A DNA stretch of 64,000 nt from Mobula birostris (Eukaryota): the NCBI RefSeq assembly GCF_030028105.1, contig NC_092379.1:18949309-19013308 (forward strand), written 5' to 3'. The translations under genes and the position numbers were made by a program. The notes beneath the pieces were generated by a model. That model ran no database searches. It was given only the letters and a program-made list of their open reading frames with translations, and was not told the DNA's origin. Below are positions 26,000 to 39,313 of the stretch, in pieces (the first letter of the stretch is position 1; each line of letters opens with the position of its first letter).

Positions 26000-26660
26000 C
26001 TTTCAATGTCTGGTAATGGCTTTTGCTCACAGTGAAGCTGATCTTATCCATAACTGTCCATCATATTGTTCTTCTGTCCCAGTATCTCATTGTGAAATCC
26101 TTGAATTTCCTCCTGTTTGCCAAAAGTCCTTCTTGTGTTGAACTTTTTCCATGTGTGGTGTTCCTTGCATACTGCACTCCAGTTGGAGATTCAACTATCA
26201 CTTGATTTCTTGTTTTCCTTACCACCCTGTGTGTTGTGTTGAAAGGTGTGGCGAACTTGTCCATTTTTTCTTGCTGGATAAGCGCAGTGTCTCCAACTTT
26301 CACAGTAGACTTTTCAGCTCCCTGTGGCCGTCTGCAAACAGCTTGCAATTTCCTTTTCGTTCTGCATCCTGATCCCGTACTTCCAGTTCTGTTGTGTGTA
26401 CCTCCTTGATGTCTGGTAACTTCCCCCTCATTTTGTGGTTGTAGAGAAGTTCAGCAGGACTTTTCCCTGTGGTAGCATGTTCCACACATCTGTACACAGT
26501 CACATACTTTCTCAGTTCACGTTTCCAATCAAGTCCTTCTGCTCAAGCAGTCCTCATCCTTTCCATCAGTGATGCATTTTGGTATTCCACTTCACCATTT
26601 GCCTGAGCCCACTTTGGGCATTGTTCTCAGTCGTTTTCCCTGTAATGTTCAGATCTGAAT
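26000..26660 (-). mobile_element. Gypsy-type LTR retrotransposon integrase C-terminal fragment
   Basis: HATTGKSPAELLYNHKMRGKLP and VKVGDTALIQQ...FATPF peptides. Confidence 0.7.
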
Positions 26661-26799
26661 TGAGGTCCATTGCCTGATTTGATGGATATGGGCAGGCCAT
26701 GTCAACTGAAAATATTCTCCAGACTGTCAATAACTCCAAGTAATGTAGACACAGTCTGTCTGGTCTTGGTCACTGTCAGACAGTCATTGAGTCATAGAA

Positions 26800-29420
26800 A
26801 GCAGGCACATCTAGTCACTGCCAAGCCATTTAAACTGCCAGGTCCCATTGACTTGCACCTGGACCATAGCCCTCCATATCCCTCCCATCCATGTACCTAT
26901 CCAAACTTCTCTTAAAAGTTGAAATTGAGCTTGCATTCACCACTTGCTCTGGCAGCTCATTCCACGCTCTCACAAACCTCTGTGAAGAAGTTTCCCCTCA
27001 TGTTCCTTTTAAACATTTCATCTTTCATCCTTAACGCATGATCTCTAGTTGTGGACTCAGCCAACCTCAGCGGAAAAAGCCTACTTGCATTTATCCTGTC
27101 TATACCCCTGATAATTTTGTATATCGCTATCAAATCTTCCCCCCAATCTTCTATGCTCCAAGGAATAAAGTCTTTACCTATGCAATCTTTCCTTATAACT
27201 CAAGTTCTCCAGTCCTGGTAGCATACTTTTAAACTTTCTCTGTACTCTTTCAACCTTATTTACATCTTTCCAGTAGGTAAATGACCAAAACTGCACATAA
27301 TACTCCAAATTATGCCTCACCAATGTCTTGTACAACTTAAACATAACATCCATCTCCCAAGTAAATGCAGATGCAAAGAAATCCATTTAAGATTTCCCCA
27401 TCCCTTTTGTCTCCATGCATAGATTACCATTCTGATCTTCGAAGGAACCAATTTTGTCCTTTGCAACTGCAGCCCCCCTGGCCACCCTCAGGGTCGCTCA
27501 GCTCGCTGTCGTCTAGGGAAACAGCCTCGGCCCCGCCAAACTGGGTAATTCGTTTGTGTGGATGCTGTGTGAGGTACCCCACCCCGCCCAAATAACAGAC
27601 ATTACACCAGATGCAATTAAATGATTTACAGTTTATAGATATTACTGGAACTATATAATTAAAAGAGAATAAAATATAAAAGGAAAATAAAAGGCGCCAC
27701 ACTAATCAAAGTTCAATCTTTTCGTGCACAAAAACCGTTGGAGCTCAAGGACCTTCTTCTTCACCCTGTGACCCCTCGGACCACCTCGACCGGCCGCCTG
27801 GGACCAACAACGGTGGTGGACCAGACGCTCCACACGAGTCCGTCTCCGTCTCCTCGCCGAACGTCCCGCTCGGGGTCCGACCCCGTTAGCGGACTCACAG
27901 CACCTGGTCCATCCTCTGTCTCGCTCTCCGGCCTTCTGCCCCCAAACCTCCTCGCACACAGTATCCTCAAATACACCAAAACCATAACAACTATCCCAAT
28001 TGGTTAATAGCACCCTCTTATCACCCTCTAAACCACAATAAGCTGCTAGCGCAAACCTTCTCAGCGTTAAAGCACAACAAAGCCGCATTCCCCAGATTAA
28101 CATAACAAAAACGCCATTTTAATTAGCCTCCGCAGTAACATAAAAATCGAAACCCCCTTACATAACCATTATGCTCTTAACGTATCTGTAGAATCCCTTA
28201 GGATTCTCCTTCATTTTGTCTGCTCGGGCAACCTCGTCCATTCTTTTAGCCCTTCTTATTTCTTTTTAGGTATTTTCTTGCATTTTTTACACTCCATAAG
28301 TACCTCATTTGTTCATACCTGCCTATACCTGCTGTGCACTTCCTTCTTCTTCTTAATCAGGGCTTCACTATCTCTTGAAGACCAAGACTCCCTAAATCTG
28401 TCATCATTGCTTTTTATTCTGACAGGCACATACAAGCAATGTGCTCTCAAAATTTCACTTTTGAAGGCTTCTCACTTACCAAGTACACCTTTGCCAGAAA
28501 ACAGCCTGTCCCAATTCATGCTTACCAGATCCTTTCTGATACCATCAAAATTGGCCTTTCTCCAATTTAGAATCTGAACCTGGGAACCAGATCTATCTTT
28601 TTCCCTATTTATTTTGGAACTAATGGCATTATGATCAGTAGATGCAAAGTGTTCCTGTATACAATTTTCTGTCACCTGCCCTGTCTCATTCCTGAATAAG
28701 AAATCAAGTATTGCACATACTCTGTTGGAATTTCTATGTACTGATTAATGAAACTTTCTTGAATACGTTTGATAGACTCCATCCCTTTTGTAGTCTGGAT
28801 GTCCAAGTCAATATGTGGAAAGTTGAAATCACCTACTATCACCACCTTATGTTTCTTGCAAAAGTCTGTGATCTCCCGACAAATTTATACCTCTGAATCC
28901 TGCAGACTGTTGGGTGGTCTATAATATAGCCCCATTAATGTGGTCATACCTTTCTTATTCCTCATTTCCACCAATAAAGCCTCACTAGGGGAGTTTTCCA
29001 GTCTCTCCTGACTGAACACTGCCGTGACAATTTCTCTGACTGGTTACACCATCCCTCCCCTCTTTAATCCCTCCTGCACTGACGTGTCTAAAACAATGGA
29101 ACCCTGAAACATTGAGATGCCAGTCCTGCCTCTCCTGCAACCAAGTCTCACTAATGACTACAATATCATAATTCCATGCGTTGATCCATGACATGAGCTC
29201 ATTTGGCTTTCCTAAAATACTTCTTGCATTGAAATATACGCAGCTCAAAACATTACTCACACCATGCGCAACTTTTTAATTCCTACCATCTGATTCCACA
29301 ACCTCTCCACTATCTGTCCTGACACTCTGGTTCTCATCCCCTGTAACTCTAGTTTAACCGGCCCCCACCCCCGCCATGCAGCATTAGCAAACCTGTCCGT
29401 GAGGATATTAGTCCCCTTCT
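26800..29420 (-). mobile_element. CR1-like LINE fragments interrupted by a solo LTR
   Basis: SCVYFNARSI (endonuclease start), LNWRKANFDGIR, LVRHNLEYYVQFW. Confidence 0.75.
27467..28162. mobile_element. Solo LTR-like element
   Basis: TG...CA ends, near-TSD CAAC/TAAC; CR1 sequence resumes on both sides; related to 5865-6436. Confidence 0.55.
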
Positions 29421-29836
29421 GTACAGATGCAAACAGTCTGCCCTGACAAACAGATGTTTAACTGCACCATTGCAACAGAACAGTTCCCAACAATGATATG
29501 TTTTGTTTAGTTAGCGACACACAGGCACCAGATGAGGAGCAGCAGTGTTAGTGGGGACAAGGAGCCCTCAAACAGTGATCCGACATCTTTGACACAAAGA
29601 TATTGTCTGGTCAGTGATTTCAACTCTCAACTCCTTGTCAGATAGCCGTAGGTTCTAATTTCTCTGACTATTAGTTGACAGCTGATCATTGGAACACCCG
29701 AAGTGGGAAGGGTTCAGATACCAGAGATACAAAGATTACTATTTCTCCCTGAGTGTGCGTCATATGCCACGCTTCATGTTGAAAGTTCCTTATTTCCCGT
29801 CACCAAACGTCACAACGAAGACATATTCATGTCATA

Positions 29837-29842
29837 TTTATT
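29837..29842 (-). terminator. Candidate poly(A) signal of the long secreted form
   Basis: AATAAA (minus) about 295 nt after the CH6 stop, followed by GT-rich sequence. Confidence 0.55.
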
Positions 29843-30136
29843 GAACTTGGATCGGTACATTGACACATACAAAGATTTAATACATTGTGCAGTCCCACAC
29901 AGGGTTGAAATCCATTCAAATGTGGCACAGGAAGGTTTGAGAATGTACACACAAACTCAGAGATTTGTGCTGAATCATGTTTGTTGTTTAATTTGGTTCT
30001 TGACCTTATTTTCATTTTTAATTATTTTAAAAGGCCTAGGCTTTTATCATGTTTTAATCAGTTAAATAATCCTCTCTGATAATTAACAATCATAAGACTA
30101 ACAAAACTAGGGTTTCATGGATTGAATCACACAGTA

Positions 30137-30522
30137 TTACACACAAGATTTAAAACTATCAGTCAGAACAAGTGAGACATTGACCAGGGTGGGTTTGCTG
30201 TGAGATTTATTGATGCTTCGGAACAGGTTGGTTGGGAGCGACTCATGACCCACCACACAGGAGAAAGTGGTGCCGCTATTCCACTCCTCAGGAGAAACCT
30301 TCAGCTGACTGGTCATTGTGTTCCAGCCTTTTCTGGGGTCCTTGGCCACTGGCTGGTTCACAAACCCCGTCTTCAGAAGGGTGTCATTGGCCATCCAGGC
30401 CACATAGATCTCTGCGGGAGAGAACTTGGTGACCAGACACATCAAGGTCACAGTCTGATCGATGTCTACCTCATCCGATGAAGGAGGGAGGAGGTAGACC
30501 TGAGGACGAGTCACAACACCAC
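30137..30522 (-). CDS. IgW: IgW CH6 plus secretory tailpiece
   Basis: TCTCTCTGTTCCAG|GT; RPQVYLLPPS...MCLVTKFSPAEIYVAW...FSCVVGHESL...KPTLVNVSLVLTDSFKSCV-stop, with an NVS sequon and penultimate Cys. Confidence 0.96.
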
Positions 30523-31174
30523 CTGGAACAGAGAGAATCTCATTTAGAATGAATCTTCCAATAATTCCCTACTTACCCGGCACATTGTGGTCTTGTACCA
30601 ATATGAACAATTTCTAAATCTGAGAGGCTTCACTTGATCTGAAACTAAAGGCTTTTCCCTTTCTGCTCATTGTTGGGAGTTGTGGAGTGGAAATCTTGGA
30701 CCTGCTGCATTTTACAACTCCCAGTGAGGCTGGTCTATTCAGTTTAATCAGTGGGAGTCACTGAACACAGCAACTCAACAGAAAGTGGAACTCAGCCCCT
30801 GGACTTGCATCATCCTGTGCTGTTTGTTCCATCTCACCTGGAGCAGGGGTGGCAGTCTAAGCTGTGTACGTGTGAGAGGGAGTGAGAACCTGTGGAACTG
30901 TCTCCCACAGAAAACACTTGAAGAATTATCATCTAACATATTCAAGAATGGGTTGTATATACTTCTTCAGGTGAAAGTGTCAAAGGATATCTGGGGATAA
31001 CAGGAACAAGGATTGAATTTCGATGATCAGCCGAGACCAGATTGAATGGTTGAGCAGATCGAGAGACCCAATGGCCTGCTCCTGTTCTCATTTTCTATAG
31101 TCTATCACAGTGCTGGATTATGATAAATCTGTCAAATTGCTATCAGACTCACACTGAAGTCTGTCCACACGTAC

Positions 31175-31495
31175 CTGTGTCCTTCCTGATTGATTTCTTC
31201 ACCGGTGTTGGCAAACCCTTGTCCTCTATCACACACGAGTACTCAGCCCCACTGTTCCACTCTGCAGCAGGGACTGTCAGTCTGCTGGTGATCACGTCTT
31301 CACCTCCGTTGCTGTCTGGACCCAGAGTCCTCACCCCATCTTCCCTCTTCCTTCCGTCCACTTGCCAGGTTACACTGAATCCCTGTAAATCACTGTGAAC
31401 CACCTCACACACAATGGTCGCTGTCCTCTTCGTCCAGATCTCTTCGAAGGGAGGTTTACTTAAAGTGACTGAGGGGCGGGTATCTGAACAGTCAT
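31175..31495 (-). CDS. IgW: IgW CH5 exon (intact)
   Basis: 321 nt, TCTCCCAG|AT...ACAG|GTACGT; DDCSDTRPSVTLSKPPFEEIWTKRTATIVC...EYSCVIED; IgNAR C4-like with an N-terminal extra Cys. Confidence 0.95.
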
Positions 31496-32364
31496 CTGGG
31501 AGAAACATCACAATTATTATTTCACCATTCCCCAATGGATGAGTTTGTCACCGACAAGACCAGCATTTCCTGTTCATCTCTGGTCAATGATTTGCCAGTC
31601 CCATCAAGATGAGATGAGACCAATCTACATTGGTGAAGAAAGGAATCTCCCTTATTGAGCAGACAGGGTAAACACCCTGAGGGAACGTGAATGAACAAGA
31701 TCGACCCTTAGATCGTTTTTGTACTTCCATGGTCACTTAAACTGTTACCAGCAACTTATTAAAACAAATACAGAAAATACGCAGTATTTCAGAGAGTGTC
31801 TGTGGAACAGGAAACAGAGCAAAGTTTTCCATAAAAATATTGCAGAAAATACACTTCATATTTCAAAATTTAAGTATGAGAAATATTTAGTTTCAGTCAC
31901 AAATATTGAAAAGCACTCTTTTTCTCTATTAGGTGTACTAAAAATTTGCTGCTGCATTGTCAGAATGTTGTGTATTTAAGCCGCCCTCCAGAGGCTTCTA
32001 CACATTGTCCAGGCTAACAATTCCCACACAGGAGCAGAGGGAGAGCTGCTCTGCTGGAAATTCAGTCACAGCAAAGGCACGAGTCAGAGGCTGGGATTAT
32101 GTTCAAAGGCAGAGGGAGAGAACATTTTGAAGACAAGTATCAGGGATCTCTAGAGTACCTGCGCAATGAAATGATCTGGATTCCCCTCAAGTTATTAAAA
32201 CATTTTCTTAATACAATTATTTCTGTGGTGAAGTTCTGAACGATGTTGGTTGAGAGCAGAAAACAACCAATAATTGTCCGATTTAAGTGGGAAGCAAGAT
32301 TAAAAAGATGAAGACGTTGAGGCTCAGGCAATGGAAGTTCCGGTATCCTGCTCACTACTCTATG

Positions 32365-32695
32365 TGGCTTCACTCGCCTCGGCGCTGAACTGACTCTGCA
32401 GCTGCGGCCTGCAGCCATCGGCACTCACCTCAGCACCGAGCCTGGCTCCATGGCCGTGGCCTGCAGCCATCGGTCTCCTGGACCAGTTGTAGTGCTGAAC
32501 TGGCAACGTGGCTGTGGATTTGTTTGAATTTTTTTTATCGTTTACACAATTTGTTCTTTCCTTTTCACACATTGGATGTTTGACTCTGTATTCTATTGTG
32601 TTTCTTTGTTTTGTGGCTGCCTGCAAGAGGAGAATCTCAAGGTTGTATATGGTGCACAGACTTTGATAATAAATGTACTCTGTACTTTGAACTTT
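32365..32695 (+). mobile_element. SINE-like element with a Rex/Babar-like 3' end in the CH4-CH5 intron; copies in every module (about 37980, 42333, 44690, 47060)
   Basis: Same sequence after each CH4, with internal GCCTGCAGCCATCGG repeats and a TTTGATAATAAATGTACT(T/C)TGTACTTTGAACTTT-type 3' end. Confidence 0.55.
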
Positions 32696-32806
32696 ATCAG
32701 TTCACTGACATAACTAAACCAGGGCTGCACCACGATTCAGTGCTGACCTTGAATTAATAGCACAATGTAAACAATTTCAATAATGGGGTGGGTCCCAGGA
32801 ACCTAC

Positions 32807-33124
32807 CTTGGACACTTTTCACTTGCTTCTTGATACTGCTGTTGGAGGGGGGATGAATCACTGTACAGCTGAAGACTGATTCTGACTTCCACTCCTGTAA
32901 ACTCACGGTCAGGAAGTGTCTGGCACTGAAAGTCCACCCCTGCTCCAGAGCGGTCGGTGTCGCGCTGGTGTTGGAGGTGATCACGGTGCTGTCTTTCTCC
33001 CAAGTGACAGTTATTTCATCCGGGTAGAATCCAGAGACCACACACTCCAGTGTGGCTGTTTTCCAATTCTTTGTCTCTTCCTGAGGTGGAGGCAGCAGTC
33101 TGACTTTGGGACTTTTTATCTCAA
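32807..33124 (-). CDS. IgW: IgW CH4 copy 5
   Basis: 318 nt, open, CCAG|TT...CAAG|GTAGGT. Confidence 0.93.
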
Positions 33125-33212
33125 CTGGAATAGACAAGTAAACAAAGGAAATGTGAAACATTTTGACTCAGGTAACTAATGCTGGCCATTTAATTGCTGG
33201 TCTCTTGCCCAC

Positions 33213-33515
33213 CTTTAGTACTATTGGTGCGTGCTGACACTGGGGAAGATGAAGGAGATTCCTGAGCGGAGCACTCATACTCCACCCCACTGAACCACTC
33301 CTCCACACTGATCTGGAATTCACTGAGCACTCTGTATCGGGACCCGTCCATCTCCACTGGGTGGGTGTGAATTCCTTTAGTTTTCTCCTTCCCGCCCACG
33401 TGCCAAGAGATGTGGATATCTTCGGGATCTGTACAGATAACTGTGCACTTCAGGGTAGCAGTCTCGTCGATCCACATCTCTTCAATGTCGGGATTTTGAA
33501 TAAATACAGACAGTT
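33213..33515 (-). CDS. IgW: IgW CH3 copy 5
   Basis: 303 nt, open, CACAG|AA...AAAG|GTGGGC; 88-nt intron to CH4. Confidence 0.93.
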
Positions 33516-33599
33516 CTGTGGGTTAGAAATGGAAATGCTCAGAATCGTACTGGAGATATTTCCATTGGTTGTGTTAGGTCCAGGCAGATCATCAGTACT

Positions 33600-36500
33600 T
33601 GACAGCTGCATTTAATGCAAACAGAATAACAGAAACACCCGGGGCTGAGTCACGTGTCTCATATTCCTATAAGTTTGATTGAGAAAAGAAATTCAGAACA
33701 AAGGATATGCTAACGAGGTTTCGAATCCCTTTCTAATAACTGTACCAATCGGTTCACTGTGAGATGGAGCTCTGTGAGACAGAGAAGCATGCAGATTTCT
33801 CAGCAGAGACACAGCTCAGTATATTCTTTGCTTGGAGACTCAGTGCCATTGATTAGTAACAATGAACACTGTGAATCAATGAGAATCCCTTTCTCCATCT
33901 GGGCTGAGCCTGGGATTCACTCAGTTTAATAACTTCACATCCCGACATTCCAGTCTCACTGTGACTGCACCTCTCCTCATCTCTGCAACCTTCACAGCTC
34001 ATACAAACTTCAGACAGCATTGTATTCTTTCAACTCTGCTCACTCATACACCTGCACTACTCCTGCTGGTGCCTGTGGTTTTAGCATTCTTGCTGACAAA
34101 CACTGAAGCCTCTGTCTCTCTTGAAATGAGCAGCCATGGTCAGAATGTATCCATAAGTTAGGGACTGATGAACTGGCAACATGGGTTCAAATCCCAACCC
34201 GGTGGATGGGAGTTTAAATTCAATTCAGAAATGCCTTCTGGAGTAAAATGAAGACTCTGGAAGAATTTGTAGTGTTATTTGCTGTGGTAACTTCTGAAAA
34301 GAAATCTCATCTGGGCTGGCTGCTATGTGATTCCAGACCTGCAGCAATACAGCTGAACCTGAATCACCATCAGGAATGAGCCAGCAAGTCCCACTGTTCA
34401 AGAGCAATCAGTGATTGATAGGAAATGGTAAATTAAATAAATAGCCCTTTGTTCAGGTTACTGTCACTCTTGTGTGATTACACTCAAGTGAAGTTGTTGA
34501 GGTCGTCTCCCAATGCACTGTTGGCCAGAAAGAACTACCATCTATAGATCAGTGAATTTGGACCAGGGATCATTTCCAAATAAGAAGACACATGCGAGAT
34601 GTTCTTTGGTTGGATATAACATGCAGGTCTGTGACTGTTGGGGTCTGTCTCTGCCTTGTGTGATCAAGCTGATTGCCGATTGAGAACAAAGAGCCATAGA
34701 TTACTAGATGTCATTCCTCGATCAGAGCCAATAAGAAGGTGTTAGAGGTCAATCAGGTGACTATAGCCAATATCACTGGAATGTAACATTTGAATTAGTA
34801 AGGAATGAACTTAAAAGCAGGTGCTTCAAGTGTGCTGGCAGCAGTGGCTCTGTAGGAGATTCACTTTCGTGGATATGAGGTGCCTCACGGATGTGGAGAT
34901 TCAAAATGGGGCACCAAGGAACACGTGGCTAGCAGTAAAATCTCCTTTTTGACTGGTATAATCTTTTTAATATTTGACTGTTCATGGAAGGTCAGGGAAA
35001 CTCAGCAGGTGTGCACACAGGTATTGGTTGTGTAAGTTCACATGTTCTTGCATTGAGACAATAAAGGTATTTGTCGGTAAATCCAATTCTCTCTGTGCCT
35101 CCCTGATCATTATTACAAGAGATGATATTTGTAACATCACTATTGTCTGTTGACTTACATTGCAGCTCTCTGCACCTTGTGTACACCATTTACACACTCG
35201 GTCACCTTCAGGCAGGTGGGGTGTTTTTGCTCTTTGACATTTAGTGTGGAGGCTGATTGTGTTTGTGTCACAGTTGAGACCTTCAATGAGACTGTGAGTC
35301 AGTGTCTTTGTCTGAAGAAAGAGCAGATGTAACACACACGGTTCCAGTCTGACTGGGACGGATCATCTGACAAAGTATGATATGTATTTCTCAACATTCC
35401 TCATTTCAGAAAGATTATGAGCGATTTTCTTTTAAAACAGAAAATCTGTGGGTGTAGTCTAGATGATCATTGTTGTCGTGTAATATCATAAATATGCAAA
35501 CCTAGGTGTACACTGAAGGGTCACTGAATTATGAACCTCAGTTTAATCAGCACTGTGATGTTGTTAAGCGTGTTTTCTGCAGTTTTCTCAGTTGTGTCCG
35601 ATATCAGCACAGTCTTGAGGTTCAGCAGTCCCTGGGAAATGTGATCCCCACATAAAACCTGACAGAGTCAGGATCGCTCCCCTTATTGCTGAATGCTGGC
35701 ATTATTCCACAAGAAGCATATAATTCTATCAATGCTTGGGTAGTTCTAACAAAACATTCTCCTTTCTGACATTCCTTGGGATCACTGAGTTTTCCTCTTG
35801 GACTGAATTCGGTGCCCGGCACGTGGATCAATGTAACTTCAGCAATTTGTCTGGTCCAGGATTTACACACAGAGCATGCCAGATTGGACAGGAGACTGGT
35901 TGGACCCCAGTGTCTTGTCTCACCAATTTATCTTGTGCACAACATTTTCAAAGGGTCATGGTCCTTTGACTGAGCAAATTTGGAATTTCAGCCCTGTTCA
36001 CCTTCATCACCTCGTGCCTCACAGCCATCGGGTGAAAAACAGGTTCCAGTTCTTGCTGACTGGAGTCAGACAGGAGGGAATCTGGCCAAGGAAACTGGAA
36101 TTGGGATCTGAGTCACACTGAAGCAACAATGTATACAAATGAATGAGTGTATGGACAACCAGAAACACAAGAGATTCTACAGATGCTGGAAATCTTGAAC
36201 AACACACACAAAATGCTGGAGGAACTCGGTAAGTCAGGCAGCATCTGTGGATGGAAATAAACAGTCAATATTTTGGGCCGAGAGATTCCACTGGTACTGG
36301 AAAGGAAGTGGGCAGAAGCCAGAGTAAGAAGGTGGGTGGAGCAGAGAGGAATACATTCTGTCAGATGAGAGGTGAGACCAGGTGAGGGGGAAAGTGTGTG
36401 GACGGGGGAGGCAGTATGAAGTAAGAAGCTGGTAGGGATAAGTGGAAGAGATAAATGACTGAAACAGAAGGAGTCTGACAGGATAGTGGACCATGGAGGA

Positions 36501-37970
36501 AAGTGCAGGAGGAAGGGAACCAAATGGAGATGATGGGCAGGTGAGAAGTGTAGGGATGAGGGTGTATCTAGTATGGGGAATAGAACAAAAGGGAGAATAA
36601 AAGAGTTGGGGGGGGGTGTTACTGGAAGTTGCAGAAATCTGTATTCGTGCCATCAGGTAGGCAGGTATCTGGATGGAATATGAGGTCCTGACTTTGGCCT
36701 CCCCCTGGCAGTAGAGAAGGAAATGGACAGACATGTCAGAATGGGAATGGGAAGTCAAATTGAAATAGCAGGACACAAGGATATTGAAAAGTCAAATTGA
36801 AATGTGGAGGGGAGAGGTAGTCATTTTAAATAACGTATTTTCATCACTGTCTGTGAAACTTCCATCCCAATGGATACCAGAGACAGGTCTGGAATCCAGT
36901 AAGTGGATTGTAAAAGAATTCATTGATGAATTGTACACAGCCAATCACCTTATTTCACACTTTCCTGCTGAACAATGATACTGTTGGGTAGAACCATCGG
37001 AGAATGTTGCATTGAGATTACTCTGGTAAAAGAACATTGGCACAGGCTCCGAAAAACAGCTGGGACATTTTCTCACCATGTCAGCAGAGGAGGCCATGGA
37101 CAGACATGTCAGAATGGGACTGGGAAGCCAAATTGAAATAGATGGCCATGAGGATATTGGAAAGTCAAATTGAATTTTGGAGGGGAGAGACAGTTTAAAT
37201 CACGCGTTTTCTTCTCTAGCAAACGTCCATTCCAAAGGATTCCAGCGGCAGGTCTGGAACCCTGTAAATGGATTGTAAGGAAATTCATTGATGAATTTTA
37301 TAGAGAACCAATCACTTTATTTCACACTTTCCCGCCGAACAATGGTACTGTCGGGTAGAACCATCTGAGAATGTGGCATTGAGATTACTCTGGTAAAAGA
37401 ACATTGGCGCACTCTCTGAAAAACAGCGGGGACAGTTTCCACCTGGAAATAGAAAATTCATTAATGTCAGCATTAAATATTTTCACCTCTTTTCCTGTGC
37501 TTGGAAAAAAGAGAGCCCCACATATTCCCACTCTCTATTCTCTGTATTGCATCCTATTGGGATGAGGTTATGTCAGCCATGATAAATGAATATGCTCTCT
37601 GAACCTGGCTGAGGATCTGAGGACACAAGATCACAATATTTACTTGAGGATTGGGCATCAATTCAAAAATAATCCAGGCACCTACATTACAGTGAGTGGA
37701 CAATCGACAGAAGAGTCTCTCAGGAAACACTGGAAACAAGACTCTGGAGAGTGAAACAAATACAAAATTGCAATGATATGTTTTTGAGGAACTGACACTG
37801 AAGAGACAGTGAAAAGGGAAAGTGGAGATTTTCTCCAGATGGTAAAGCATGGGCGTGAGCTTTGCGCACTAACTTATTTTCATTATAACTGGAGAGACAA
37901 CTAAAATTATTGAGACAGAATGGGCAGGTGACCTAATCTTACAACTTTTCTGCCCAGTAGATGGGGTTAA
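33600..37970. repeat. Duplicate of the CH2-CH3 intron (paralogue at about 48330-51608)
   Basis: Collinear high similarity over about 3.3-4.4 kb. Differences include a 622-bp indel (34520-35141) and a roughly 370-bp local tandem duplication (about 36720-37440). Confidence 0.9.
35155..35311 (-). other. Candidate interspersed secretory-tail exon (copy B)
   Basis: Acceptor TCTGCTCTTTCTTCAG; phase 1 gives DKDTDSQSH-stop. A second AG 21 nt downstream gives VSLKVSTVTQ...TCLKVTECVNGVHKVQRAAM-stop. ATTAAA at 34966-34971. Confidence 0.33.
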
Positions 37971-38462
37971 AACTTCTCGATGAGGCTTCACTCACCTCAG
38001 CACTGAACTGACTCTGCAGCTGCGGCCTGCAGCCATCGGCACTCACCTCAGCACTGAGCCTGGCTCCACGGCCGTGGCCTGCAGCCATCGGACTCCTGGA
38101 CCGGTTGCAGTGCTGAACTGGCAACGTGGCTGTGGATTTACTTCAGGGGACTCTGCGGTTCAGGTTCTGTGGATTGTTTTTTTGAATATTTTTATTGTTT
38201 GCACAATTTGTTCTTTTTTTTCACACATTGGATGTTTGACCCTGAATTCTAGTGTATTTCGTTGTTTTGTGGCTGCCTGCAAGAAGAGAATCTCAAGGTT
38301 GTGTATAGTGCACATACTTTGATAATAAATGTACTTTGTACTTTGAACTTTATCAGTTCACTCACATAACTAAACCAGAACTGCACCGTGATTTAGTGCT
38401 GACCTTAAATTAATTGCACAATGTAAACAATTTCAATAATGGGGTGAGTCCCAGGACCCTAC

Positions 38463-38780
38463 CTTGGACGTTCTCCACTTGCTTCTTGATACTGCTGTTG
38501 GAGGGGGGATGAGTCACTGTACAGCTGAAGACTGATTGTGACTTCCACTCCTGTAAACTCACGGTCAGGAAGTGTCTGGCACTGAAAGTCCACCCCTGCT
38601 CCAGAGCGGTTGGTGTCGCGCTGGTGTTGGAGGTGATCACGGTGCTGCCTTTCTCCCAAATGACATTTATTTGATCCGGGTAGAATCCAGAGACCACACA
38701 CTCCAGTGTGGCCGTTTTCCAATTTTTCATCTCTTCCTGAGCTGGAGGCAGCAGAGTGACCTTGGGACTTCTTATCATGA
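38463..38780 (-). CDS. IgW: IgW CH4 copy 4
   Basis: 318 nt, open, CCAG|TC...CAAG|GTAGGG. Confidence 0.93.
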
Positions 38781-38868
38781 CTGGAATAGAAAAGAAAACA
38801 AAGGAAATGTCAAACATTTTGACTCAGGTAACTAATGCTGGCCATTTAATCGCTGGTCTTTTACCCAC

Positions 38869-39171
38869 CTTTGGTACTATTGGTCCGTGCTGACACTCGG
38901 GAAGATGAAGGAGATTCCTGAGCAGAGCACTCGTACTCCACCCCACTGAACCACTCCTCCACGCTGATCTGGAGCTCACTGAGGACTCTGTATCGAGCTC
39001 CGTCCATCTGCGGTGGTTGTTCGACAATTCCTTTAGTTTTCTCCTTCCTGCCAACATGCCAAGAGATGTGGATATATTCTGGATCTGTACAGATAACTGT
39101 GCACTTCACGGTAGCGGTCTTGTGGATCCACATCTCTTCAATGTTGGGATTTTGAATAAAGACAGACAATT
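38869..39171 (-). CDS. IgW: IgW CH3 copy 4
   Basis: 303 nt, open, CACAG|AA...AAAG|GTGGGT. Confidence 0.93.
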
Positions 39172-39313
39172 CTGTGGATTAGAAATTGAAATGCTCAGAA
39201 TCTTACTGGAGATATTTCCATTGGTTGTGTTAGGTCCAGGCAGATCATCAGTACGTGACAGATGCATTTAATGCAAACAGGATAACATAAAAACCCAGGG
39301 CTGAATCACTTGG

